Origin: Candidatus Hodarchaeota archaeon
GTDB taxonomy: Archaea; Asgardarchaeota; Heimdallarchaeia; Hodarchaeales; Hodarchaeaceae
Length of the DNA stretch: 64,000 bases
NCBI GenBank assembly: GCA_016840035.1
Contig: JAEOTC010000077.1
Coordinates: forward strand, 34,699-98,698
Direction of reading: 5' to 3'
This document shows positions 29,593 through 39,157 of this stretch, piece by piece (within the stretch, counting starts at the first letter, position 1; every line of letters begins with the position of its first letter). The position numbers and the translations under genes were made by a program. The notes beneath the pieces are model-generated. The model was not told the DNA's origin and did not search any database. It saw only the letters and a list, made by a program, of their open reading frames with translations.

Positions 29593-29611
29593 AGAACGGA
29601 GAAGAAAAGCT

Positions 29612-30376
29612 TTGGAAACAATAGTAACAGTAATAGGAGTCTTTCTAGCTCTAGGAATATTTACATATTTAGCAGCAAAACATACTGTCAAAACCAATTC
29701 TTATCATGCATTATTAGCAAGTTATATTCTGTTTCTTACCTTAGCTCAATTCTTTGCAGCTAAGATAACCCATTTTGACCTTGATTTTCTATTTTTGGGA
29801 ACTGTTTATGCCCCCGTAGGAGTCATTGTATTCCCATTTACCTTACAAATTACTGACATGGTGAACGAGAAATTTGGAAGACGTGCAGTATACAATATGA
29901 TTTGGATCGCTTTGGTAAGCCAAATATTGATGGTTATCTTCTTAATATTCGCTATAAATTTACCTAATGAAGTTAAACCTACCGACCCCTTAGCTGGATT
30001 TGCAGTCGTTCCAGCATTTACATTAGCCTCTTGGATTAGCTTTTTTATCAGTGAACGGTTCGACGCGTGGATTTATGACAATCTAAGAATATGGATTCAA
30101 AAGAAAACACAGAATGATACCGATTGGTGGAAGTACCTTTGGATTCGCAATGTCTTTAGTGACCTCCTTAGCCTAGGACTCGATTCTCTGATCTTCGTGC
30201 CACTCGGTTTCTATGTTTTTCTTTCAATTCATAGTTATTTTGATCCTAACGTAATCCCTTATACCCTTAATGAAGTTCAAAGGCTTATTACAGGACAGAT
30301 TATTATCAAATGGTTTTTAGGAATAATTGATACCCCGTTCATGTATCTAACGCGTTGGATATATGATAAAAACTAG
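29612..30376 (+). CDS. Queuosine precursor (preQ0/preQ1) transporter, QPTR/YhhQ/DUF165 family
   Basis: GVIVFPFTLQITDMVNEKFG, ASWISFFISERFDAWIY, LWIRNVFS...LDSLIF, DTPF. Confidence 0.88.
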   Translation: METIVTVIGVFLALGIFTYLAAKHTVKTNSYHALLASYILFLTLAQFFAAKITHFDLDFLFLGTVYAPVGVIVFPFTLQITDMVNEKFGRRAVYNMIWIALVSQILMVIFLIFAINLPNEVKPTDPLAGFAVVPAFTLASWISFFISERFDAWIYDNLRIWIQKKTQNDTDWWKYLWIRNVFSDLLSLGLDSLIFVPLGFYVFLSIHSYFDPNVIPYTLNEVQRLITGQIIIKWFLGIIDTPFMYLTRWIYDKN

Positions 30377-30382
30377 GGGATT

Positions 30383-32545
30383 CTATAATTGGGAGATCTT
30401 TTCCAAGAAATCTTTAATAGGAACCTTCTCCCTCTTTCTTTCTAACGCATGATAGTACCAGGTGAGATATTTGAGACCTATACCCATCTTCAGAACGAAT
30501 TCATCGATTTCTGAAATATCTTCTGATGATCTCTTCAAGAGTGTTAGTTTCTCACGAATTTCAACCTTGGTTTTTTGAATAATTTGAGTCCAAGTATTAG
30601 GTGTAACTTTATCTAAATGTTTTCTGCAAACGAAAATCACATCAATTCCAATACTGTTGGTTCCATGTATCTGAGTGCTTGTTTTCATCTCAGAATGAAC
30701 TGGATAAATGTTCTTAATGAAAAATTTATGTTCTACTAAAGTTTTTATTAAAATGATCCACGCATCCAGTTCTTTATGATGGAATGTGAATATTAACAGG
30801 CCCTCGTCTTTTAATACCCTAGCAATTTCTTTGAAAACGGATGAGAGCTCCTTTCCATACTGCTCATCGAATTTTCCTCTCTTCACATTTTTTACTATCT
30901 CAGTTTCCTTTGGTGAGTATTCAGGGATAAACCAAGAATAGTGATCTTTCAATGCCAGGCGTAACCAGACATAATAGAAGTCTGCAAGTTCCGCATATTG
31001 TACATTATCATAGTAGGGGGGATCTGTAACCACTAAATCAATACTTCTTTTAGAAAGAGGAATATCTGATGAGGAATGACAATAGAGGGAAATTTCCTTT
31101 ATTTCGGAGTGAGGACTTTCTGTAGATGAGGTCGATGAGATAGGTCGCGAAATTGGATTTTTCATCTGTTTTCGTTTAGATTTCCCTGATGAATCAATAT
31201 AAACTTCATATGGAGCTTTTGAGTACTTTTTTACACTTATCATCTTCTTGAAGAAGTTCTTGAATGTGCCTGTTCCGTATTTTGTTCCCCACGGATTGTT
31301 CTCACACGGATTTAGTGTTGCAGGGTATGCATGCTTTCTAAACAAGTTATAAACATAATGATTTTTCCTATGGTATTCACATAACAAATTGTTATACTCT
31401 AAAGCGGTTGAAAACGTAATAAGTAAAAATTCTCTACAATTTCTATCTTCAATATCGAGTATAGCTGATAATAATTTACCTAATGAAAGGAGCTGCCGTG
31501 TATTGAACATTTCGGTGAAATGAAATATTTGATGGTTTAGTAATTCATTTGTTTTTGCTCCTGGGGGTATTTTTTGAGCTGGTAAAGGTAATTCACTTTT
31601 CAATAAATTGTACTCGAATTCGGCTCTCTTGTATAGTTCTATATCATTCTCACTAGCTGATTTAAAATCTCGAATGTTACATTCACTACAATAATATTCA
31701 ATTGCATACATTCTTTCATTTGGTTTACCTTGTTGTTTATTCGCTTTAACAATACGTCCAGAGTGTGTACATGAAGGGCAATAATATCGTCCTCTCTTAA
31801 CAAGGAAAGAAGATGATTGAAACCTTGTAGAACACTGTGGGCATCTTGAAGAATCTTTTCGCTTTGCTATGAATAGATGATTACAATCTGGACAGATAAC
31901 GTATTGTGTTGTGTCATCTTTCCTATTAATTGCAAATAGAAAGCTACGATACAGAGGAATTTTATGACGACATTCTGTACATCGTATTTCCTTAATCCAG
32001 AAGTAGTACATAACATCAGCACTAGAATCACACCGATTACAGTCCGTTTTATAAAAACGTTGAATATCCTCCTTTACTTTGAGAGAAATATCCTGAAAAA
32101 CCGTTTGAAGATGATCCAAATCCACATCTTCAATTTCTTTCTTGACCGTAAACCACGCTACAGGGTTTAAATCACCTCCAATAACTCTAGAGTATCCTAA
32201 TCTCAGTGCTTCAATAATAGTTGTCCCTCCTCCCATAAATGGATCCAAAATTGTCTTATCTGAAAAAGAATGATCTTTTAAATATAAATCCCAGAATTTA
32301 CTTTCCTTGGAGCTTTCTTCATGATTATTAGCGTCGACACTTGCATAGATTAAAATGGATCGAAAAACAGAACCCAATCTACGAGCAAACCATTTATGCA
32401 GAGTTAATATTGGACGATAATAGCGTTTTGCACTACTTTCACGATACGCAATCCGACTAACTAATGTAAACGGAAAATATCGTTCAATCGCTCTTTCATT
32501 ACCTAGGTTTTGGGTTTCAAGGGTACTTGGTGGTGATTTACGCAT
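30383..32545 (-). CDS. Zn-ribbon-containing adenine-specific DNA methyltransferase (DUF1156-like), copy A
   Basis: LHKWFARR, ILDPFMGGGT, DLNPVA, several CxxC pairs, VTDPPYYDNVQYAELADF, FTFHH. Confidence 0.88.
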   Translation of the reverse strand: MRKSPPSTLETQNLGNERAIERYFPFTLVSRIAYRESSAKRYYRPILTLHKWFARRLGSVFRSILIYASVDANNHEESSKESKFWDLYLKDHSFSDKTILDPFMGGGTTIIEALRLGYSRVIGGDLNPVAWFTVKKEIEDVDLDHLQTVFQDISLKVKEDIQRFYKTDCNRCDSSADVMYYFWIKEIRCTECRHKIPLYRSFLFAINRKDDTTQYVICPDCNHLFIAKRKDSSRCPQCSTRFQSSSFLVKRGRYYCPSCTHSGRIVKANKQQGKPNERMYAIEYYCSECNIRDFKSASENDIELYKRAEFEYNLLKSELPLPAQKIPPGAKTNELLNHQIFHFTEMFNTRQLLSLGKLLSAILDIEDRNCREFLLITFSTALEYNNLLCEYHRKNHYVYNLFRKHAYPATLNPCENNPWGTKYGTGTFKNFFKKMISVKKYSKAPYEVYIDSSGKSKRKQMKNPISRPISSTSSTESPHSEIKEISLYCHSSSDIPLSKRSIDLVVTDPPYYDNVQYAELADFYYVWLRLALKDHYSWFIPEYSPKETEIVKNVKRGKFDEQYGKELSSVFKEIARVLKDEGLLIFTFHHKELDAWIILIKTLVEHKFFIKNIYPVHSEMKTSTQIHGTNSIGIDVIFVCRKHLDKVTPNTWTQIIQKTKVEIREKLTLLKRSSEDISEIDEFVLKMGIGLKYLTWYYHALERKREKVPIKDFLEKISQL

Positions 32546-33111
32546 CTTGGTTCATAAGTCTCTGATTGTCCCGAATTTTCAATTAAGACTAGAGGACTAT
32601 TATAAGGACTGGGCTTTCCATCTAACAATCTTTGTGTAAGGACAGCCCACCGATTACAATTTGGAAATTCACATATAGCAGTTAAGCGTGTTACATGGTG
32701 TGCTCTTCCAACTAATGAAGGCATTGGTCCAAATGGTTCTCCTCTGAAACTTAAGAGCAATCCACAGACTATCACATGATAATCCTTCTGTAGTAATTCT
32801 TCGATGACCTCAACAAGATCATCTGCAAAGAATTGTGCCTCATCAACTCCCACGAACTTACAATCTAGAGATTCTAAATAAGATAAAATCTCTGCTGGAT
32901 TATTCTCATCCACGATAATCGCATCTAATTGCATATCACTCCCTCGTGATGCAATCCCCCGTTCTCGGGTATTAACTGCGGGTTTGAAGACAATTCCTTT
33001 AATATCAGAATAACGAAGTTCGTTAAACATCCGAATTAAATACTCACTTTTACCCGATTTCATTGGCCCAAATATAGCTTCGAGATATCCAGGTTTATAG
33101 ATTTCTGGCAA
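32503..33111 (-). CDS. tdk: Thymidine kinase (TK1 type)
   Basis: GPMKSGKS, VFKP, VDEAQF, FRGEPFG, LTAIC..C, YEPRC. Confidence 0.93.
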   Translation of the reverse strand: MPEIYKPGYLEAIFGPMKSGKSEYLIRMFNELRYSDIKGIVFKPAVNTRERGIASRGSDMQLDAIIVDENNPAEILSYLESLDCKFVGVDEAQFFADDLVEVIEELLQKDYHVIVCGLLLSFRGEPFGPMPSLVGRAHHVTRLTAICEFPNCNRWAVLTQRLLDGKPSPYNSPLVLIENSGQSETYEPRCVNHHQVPLKPKT

Positions 33112-33174
33112 AATTTTGACCTCTTTTTGTGGTTGATGAAGGATATTCCTCTCTTTCTGAGTAGGTGGTTTTAA

Positions 33175-35259
33175 CTATTTCTTCAGTCTAAAAATCTCAT
33201 CTAAGGTTTCTTGAAGAGTCGTATCATTTCCATGGAGGAGATAGATAGAGATTAATGGTAATAATTTAGCCAATAATTTTTCCCATTCACCCTCTGAATT
33301 CAGGTGTTGTTTCTCGTTAAATTCCTGAACTTCGCTTTGGATTTCTCTAAATACATGCTTTCCATTCCCTTTATTTCTCAAATGATCATTTTTCGTCATT
33401 TTTTTGGCTACTATAATAATATCAATATCGGTTCCAGCCACAGGTCGCGCTTGGAATTCACTTATAACAGGGAATGCCCTTTCAAGTACAAATTTGCTTT
33501 CATTTAAAGCTCTGATGATCAAAGCCCATGCTTTTGAATTTGAATGGTGAAAAGTGAATATCAACTGTGAATCTTCTTTTAATACGCGATGACACTCTTT
33601 AAAGACCTCAATTAATTGAGAAACAAATAATTTCTTATTTTTCTGCAGTCCAATCTCTTCATCATTGACAATTGTAGATGCTTTAAACCAGGGATATGTT
33701 GTTTGTAAGATTTGCTGCAGCCATACATAGAAAAAGCTTGCCAACTCAGAATATTGTATATAATCAAAGTATGGGGGATCTGTTAAGACTAAATCAATTG
33801 ATTGATCTGGAATTCCATATTTTTTTAAATCGACTGATGTCCCTGATATTAGAAGTGTATCCGAATAAGTACTGCTGACAAGTTCTTGGAAATTCTCCAT
33901 ATTTCTCGCAAATATGCGATCACCCACTATAGGAACTCGTTTAATCTTATTATCCTGCATTATTATCTCAAATGGAGCTTCACAATATGCTTTTGCTCTT
34001 TGTATTCTTTCCAGATAAGTTACATAAGTTCCATTTCCTTTATCGGTTCCCCAGACGTTATTCTCAACATATTGCAAAGGTACCAGAAAGGATTGAAAAT
34101 TAAATACATTTACGATTTGTTTCATCGTATAGTTATAGGGGCAAATCACAGTATGGAATTCTAAACAACTTGAAAATGCGCTCAGAAAAAACTCCTTTAG
34201 ATTCTGATCAGTAATTGAAGAGATTGACTCTAGAAGTAAACTCAAACAATAAAGCTGTCGAGCATTAAATAGATCAGAATAGTACTTAAATCCATAATTT
34301 TTAAGATTTTTAACATTCGGACCATGAGGAGGGAGTTTTTCTCGCGGAAAGAGTAGAATATCTTTCTGTTCTTCAAACAAACTTTCTACTCTCTCATAAT
34401 TCAAAATATCTTGTTCATTGACCGGTTTATATCCGCGGAACTTGCATTTCTTACAGTAAAATTCGATAGCGATTTGTCTCGAAGAAAATGATTTGAAATC
34501 CTGTTTAATTATATCCACTAAACGATGTTCACTCTTGCATTTGGTGCATGAAAATATTTTTTTTCTACAGTTTCCCACTCTCGGAATAAAACTTTGTCCA
34601 CACTTTGTACAATGTGTTTGTGAATCAAGACTTTCTGTAGAGTAGAATAGGCCATCACATTTTGGACAAATTACACATGTCTCTATACTCTTGCGTTGTT
34701 TTTTACCTATTATGTAATATTTGAATAGATCTTCACGAGACCGACAATCAGGACATTGAATCGTACGGACCCAGAAAGTATACATAATATCAGCATGTGT
34801 AGACCCACATTCAGAACATTCCGTTTGATAAAAACCCTTAATTCGTTTCCCAACATTATTAGCGATAGAATTCCAAGTATCTATGAATTTTTCTTTATTT
34901 AATTGATCCAGTTCTTTTTTTGTTGTGAACCAAGCAACTGGATTCAGATCAATCCCTATAGACTTTACTCCAAGCCTATTAAGCTCAACTAAGCTTGTTC
35001 CACCGCCACAAAAGGGGTCTAACATTATTGTATCTGAAAAGTTATGGTTTTTGTAGAATGATCCCTCTTCATTTTCCGTAGAGCTAAAAAGAGGAAGATC
35101 GGAAAAGTAAGCTAAACCCAAAGCCCTAAATGTAGATCCAGGCCGTCGTGCCCAAGATTTGTGAATTGAATATACAGGTCGATAGAATTGTCGCCTTTGT
35201 GATTCGACTTTTGCAATCTTTTCAACTAGGTTTATTGGGAAATTTTCACCAATGGGCAC
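33175..35259 (-). CDS. Zn-ribbon-containing adenine-specific DNA methyltransferase (DUF1156-like), copy B
   Basis: IHKSWARR, MLDPFCGGGT, DLNPVA, CxxC pairs, LTDPPYFDYIQYSELASF, FTFHH. Confidence 0.88.
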   Translation of the reverse strand: MPIGENFPINLVEKIAKVESQRRQFYRPVYSIHKSWARRPGSTFRALGLAYFSDLPLFSSTENEEGSFYKNHNFSDTIMLDPFCGGGTSLVELNRLGVKSIGIDLNPVAWFTTKKELDQLNKEKFIDTWNSIANNVGKRIKGFYQTECSECGSTHADIMYTFWVRTIQCPDCRSREDLFKYYIIGKKQRKSIETCVICPKCDGLFYSTESLDSQTHCTKCGQSFIPRVGNCRKKIFSCTKCKSEHRLVDIIKQDFKSFSSRQIAIEFYCKKCKFRGYKPVNEQDILNYERVESLFEEQKDILLFPREKLPPHGPNVKNLKNYGFKYYSDLFNARQLYCLSLLLESISSITDQNLKEFFLSAFSSCLEFHTVICPYNYTMKQIVNVFNFQSFLVPLQYVENNVWGTDKGNGTYVTYLERIQRAKAYCEAPFEIIMQDNKIKRVPIVGDRIFARNMENFQELVSSTYSDTLLISGTSVDLKKYGIPDQSIDLVLTDPPYFDYIQYSELASFFYVWLQQILQTTYPWFKASTIVNDEEIGLQKNKKLFVSQLIEVFKECHRVLKEDSQLIFTFHHSNSKAWALIIRALNESKFVLERAFPVISEFQARPVAGTDIDIIIVAKKMTKNDHLRNKGNGKHVFREIQSEVQEFNEKQHLNSEGEWEKLLAKLLPLISIYLLHGNDTTLQETLDEIFRLKK

Positions 35260-35426
35260 AATCTATTCACCTATTTTATTCACAACGAAGTTTTAACTTT
35301 GCCATCAGAACTCTTAATTTTATTTTTTGATATTTTGGAGATTGAAAGACACCTTAAAATATTTAACGAGTATATTCTCAACGTAATCAGAAATTTCATT
35401 AATTGTAAATTTAATGGTGTTTTACC

Positions 35427-36299
35427 ATCGGAATTCCTGTTATCAGATCTATAAAAAAAGGGGATCTCCCATCAGTTGAACGGCTATATATTCAATGCAT
35501 GGGTGATTTCGAATATCCATCCCAGAAAGCTAATTTTTATTCCTATATTTCAACGAATCGTGATCTAATTAAGATTTCTGAAGAGCCTTCGGGTATTATT
35601 TCAGGATTTGCCTTTGGTCATATAACTAATCAACAAAAAGCAAGAATTAGAGCGATTTTTGTTGAATCTACTTGGAGAAATAAAGGAACTGGAACAAAAC
35701 TACTGAAATCACTGGAAAGTGAGTTCTTAACTCGAAATCCTAGTCTCACTTACTTATCTGTGCGTATTCCAGAAGAATATTTCACATCTCAACCCTTTTT
35801 TGAAAATCTAAATTTTGAAATAGTTACCAAGATAAATGGATACGTAACGAATAATCTCTCCTTTCCTTTCTCAGTTAATAATCAGATTTCCGTTCGAAAA
35901 GCAAAGAAATCTGACATTGAGAGTATCATGCAAGTTGAGAAAGAATGTTTTTCAAAATTTTGGCAGATTGGCCCGGCAAGATTTGCACAAATGATAAATG
36001 AAAAAACTGAAATCTTATTTGTTGCTCTTTTGAACAATAAAGTTCTCGGTTATAACTTTAATACGGTATCTCATCGCTATCAGAGTGGTAACTATGTTCG
36101 AATTGCTACTCTCCCTGAATACAGACAAAAGAACATCGCAACTACTCTTACTGCTCATGCTTTCAAATGGTTCCAGTCTATGCGGGTCAAGGAGATAATT
36201 CTTTCGACTTATGCAGATTCTTCTTTTCATAACTCGATGTATCAGAAATGGGGATTCTCAAAGTATGAGGAAGAAATCATCCTTGCACGAGAATATTAA
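35427..36299 (+). CDS. Tandem (double) GNAT acetyltransferase
   Basis: Two GNAT motif-A regions (WRNKGTGTKLL; YRQKNIATTL). The ORF track starts at ATG 35499, but the frame is open from 35415 and encodes IRSIKKGDLPSVERL. The start shown (ATC 35427) is inferred. Confidence 0.8.
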   Translation: MGIPVIRSIKKGDLPSVERLYIQCMGDFEYPSQKANFYSYISTNRDLIKISEEPSGIISGFAFGHITNQQKARIRAIFVESTWRNKGTGTKLLKSLESEFLTRNPSLTYLSVRIPEEYFTSQPFFENLNFEIVTKINGYVTNNLSFPFSVNNQISVRKAKKSDIESIMQVEKECFSKFWQIGPARFAQMINEKTEILFVALLNNKVLGYNFNTVSHRYQSGNYVRIATLPEYRQKNIATTLTAHAFKWFQSMRVKEIILSTYADSSFHNSMYQKWGFSKYEEEIILAREY

Positions 36300-36313
36300 G
36301 GCCTTTAATACTC

Positions 36314-36937
36314 TTACTGTCGAAGTGTACAATAAATCTGATTTACATAACTATTTTGTTCCATTATTTCCATAGAAATGAAATCAGTTGTTTCCAAATA
36401 AAATGAACGTCGGAATCTTGGACTTAAATTTACAAGAAGGAATGGTAATGAACTCATTAAAATCCCCCCATGGCAAACAACTAACAGTCGAACATTTGAA
36501 TTCTTTGAATATCTCTCTCTTACGTACTCTATGAAATCTTTGATCCTCGAAATTATTTGAACAAGTGATTCTCCCTCTGAGATAGATGCATGAAGATCAT
36601 CAGCTTCAAACCATTTTTTCCACAATTCAAAAAATAATTCCCAGCTTTGGGCATCTTTCTTCCCCTCCAACACACCTACATTAAATTCAATTAATCTATG
36701 ATCAATTTCATACCTCACCCCGAATATTCTGCTTAGAATCTCTGCTGTTTCCACTGCTCGTTTAAGAGGACTAGTGTAGATTTGTTTAAATCCTGAAAAT
36801 TTATCATTTAAAACATCAACTAAAGAATTAACCTGTTTAACTCCCCTAATCGTGAGTCCATGCCTGTAACCTGTATTAGAGAAGATCTTCTCAATATTAG
36901 CATTACTTTCTCCGTGTCGAATGAAAATCAGTTCCAA
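36314..36937 (-). CDS. Histidine phosphatase (phosphoglycerate mutase) family protein
   Basis: IRHGES, YTSPLKRAVETA, LIEFNVG, GES, VCHGG. Confidence 0.92.
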   Translation of the reverse strand: MELIFIRHGESNANIEKIFSNTGYRHGLTIRGVKQVNSLVDVLNDKFSGFKQIYTSPLKRAVETAEILSRIFGVRYEIDHRLIEFNVGVLEGKKDAQSWELFFELWKKWFEADDLHASISEGESLVQIISRIKDFIEYVRERYSKNSNVRLLVVCHGGILMSSLPFLLVNLSPRFRRSFYLETTDFISMEIMEQNSYVNQIYCTLRQ

Positions 36938-36985
36938 AGATCCATCTCTTTCAACGTAGTGTTCTTTTTGATAATATCTCTTCCG

Positions 36986-38377
36986 TTATTTGCGGTATTT
37001 AGCAGAACCGAACGTTGCCATTAAATCAAGAACCTTTATTGCAGTTCTGATATTATCATAAACAACGCCTCCTTCCGAACGAATTTGGGAAGTCCATTGA
37101 GATTTAATCGAATGATCTCCTACAATATAGGTGACAATTGGTTTTCTGTATTTCCGCATTTCTTGTATAACAGAAGGATTAAAAGTGATAGCGACTTGCA
37201 TTGCTGCAATCATTAAAATTAACATGTCAATTTCATTGCTTTTGAATAGAATGGGAATTATCTGCCGTAAAGCTTCATCTAATCCATGGATTTCAAATGC
37301 TGGCCATGAATCGAGTGGATTTTTTGGAGGCATCCACTTAGGAAAAACTTCTTCCAATTGTTGTGTAGTGCTTTTGGAAAATTCTGGAATTTTTATGTCA
37401 TAATTTGCAGCAATGTCAGCCCCAATGACTCCTCCTGCACCAGTTATTGTTACAATTGCAAGTCTATTACCAGTAGGAATAGGTAATTTATCAAAAGCTT
37501 CAACAATATTAAAAAATTCACCGAATTCAGATGCAGAAATAATTTTTGATTGTTTTAGTAGATCTGATAATAATTTAGGAGAACCATGGGCAGTACTTGA
37601 TGTATGACTTAGGGCTGCAGATCTACCCACCTCTGATTGGCCACCCAGTAAGCAAATTAATGGTCTGGATTTTGTAAATTGTTTAGCAAGCGAAAGAAAT
37701 TTCCTAGGTCTTTTTAATCCCTCAAGATAGAAAGCAGCCACGGTAGTCTCCTCGTCATCTAAAAAGTCCTGCAATAAATCACTTTCATCAACATCAATTC
37801 GATTCCCAATAGAGGCTGCTTTACGAATACCTACAGCTCGTTCCGTAAAGAACTGTAAGATAACTGCTCCTGAAAAATATCCCGATTGACCTACAATTGA
37901 GATACCCCCTGTTCGTCTCATATCTGCAGAAATTGGTTCAAATGTTGTAATTAATTCATCTGTAATAGTACCCATACAATTTCCTCCCCAAATACGTATG
38001 TGATATTCCTTACCAAGACGACCAATTTGCTCTTGAAGTTTTCTTCCTTCCTTTCCAATTTCTGCAAAGCCTGCACTCTCAATAATAATTCCTCTAACTC
38101 CTTTCTCATGACATTCCTTAAGTAATGAAGGAATAATCTTGGGAGCTATAAAACAAATAACTAAATCGATTTTCCCTGGGATATCCAACAATGAATGAAA
38201 AACTTTCAAGCCAAGAATATCTTTTGCCTTTGGATTGACAGGAAAAATCTTATCTGTTTTAGAAAATGACCAAAGAACATTCTTTAATATACCATAACCC
38301 GCTTTTTTGCTGTTTCGACTCACCCCAACAACTGCAATCGATTCTGGTTGAAAAAAGCATGAAAGATCGGACTGCAT
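36986..38377 (-). CDS. ADP-forming acyl/acetate-CoA ligase, alpha subunit
   Basis: PESIAVVG, SAGFAE, GGNCMG, QSG, GNRIDVDE, SHTSS phospho-His, GAGG, NPLD. Confidence 0.88.
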   Translation of the reverse strand: MQSDLSCFFQPESIAVVGVSRNSKKAGYGILKNVLWSFSKTDKIFPVNPKAKDILGLKVFHSLLDIPGKIDLVICFIAPKIIPSLLKECHEKGVRGIIIESAGFAEIGKEGRKLQEQIGRLGKEYHIRIWGGNCMGTITDELITTFEPISADMRRTGGISIVGQSGYFSGAVILQFFTERAVGIRKAASIGNRIDVDESDLLQDFLDDEETTVAAFYLEGLKRPRKFLSLAKQFTKSRPLICLLGGQSEVGRSAALSHTSSTAHGSPKLLSDLLKQSKIISASEFGEFFNIVEAFDKLPIPTGNRLAIVTITGAGGVIGADIAANYDIKIPEFSKSTTQQLEEVFPKWMPPKNPLDSWPAFEIHGLDEALRQIIPILFKSNEIDMLILMIAAMQVAITFNPSVIQEMRKYRKPIVTYIVGDHSIKSQWTSQIRSEGGVVYDNIRTAIKVLDLMATFGSAKYRK

Positions 38378-38488
38378 AATTATTCCTCAATTACAAATTA
38401 CTGAAAGCTCTTTATCCTTGGAAATATAAGAGTTTCAATAACTAGCTTAAAATAAGTATTTTATCCAATCGATTTGTTGAGATGAAAA

Positions 38489-39073
38489 ATGGCCCAACGA
38501 AAGGATCAATCAGTCCAAAGCGGGGAATTTTATCCCTCTAAAGACAAAATAATTATCTATAGATGCGAAGTGAAAAATACCAAAGGCTTTCTTAGAGATG
38601 TATTATTGTCAACAGTAATTGTTGGATTTTTCTCCTTTTTTCTATTGGAATGGTACGCATTACTGGTTGTACCCATGAGTTGGCCGTTTCTTGTGCAATA
38701 TTCACTCCCAAATCATTACCAATCTCTTCAATTTAACAAATATTCATTCCTTTTTGCTAAAGGTTCGTTAAAGAATCTTCTTCTTTCACAATCTTTGTAT
38801 AAATGGAAAAAATTTCAATACGGAGATATTTTTCACATTCGTTTCAATAAATGGGAGAAAAGAAAACGAGGAGGAGTAAAAGATCAATTCGGGAAAATCG
38901 AAATAAAACTCGACCACGACTCACCCATTTTTCATTTCTTGATCACATCAAAAGATTTAGCTCAAATTGTAAAGATTTTTGATACTCACCGGTTTCAATC
39001 TAAAGTTACCAAAAAGCGATCACGAGGGGAGCTCATGTTAATATTCCCCTTATCTCCTCGCTATAATACTTGA
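38489..39073 (+). CDS. Hypothetical membrane-anchored protein
   Basis: N-terminal TM hairpin followed by a basic, beta-rich soluble domain. Confidence 0.55.
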   Translation: MAQRKDQSVQSGEFYPSKDKIIIYRCEVKNTKGFLRDVLLSTVIVGFFSFFLLEWYALLVVPMSWPFLVQYSLPNHYQSLQFNKYSFLFAKGSLKNLLLSQSLYKWKKFQYGDIFHIRFNKWEKRKRGGVKDQFGKIEIKLDHDSPIFHFLITSKDLAQIVKIFDTHRFQSKVTKKRSRGELMLIFPLSPRYNT

Positions 39074-39157
39074 ATCTAGTTTAAAAATTCTGTATAGAGA
39101 TGTGAACATCGTCACAATGTTTATAATTGCTACCAATTATAATTTCGTGAGATTCGA

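Noticed and set aside
30383-35259. Classical restriction-modification, BREX or DISARM locus
   Set aside because: No nuclease, helicase, PglZ, DUF499 ATPase or specificity subunit in the neighbourhood.
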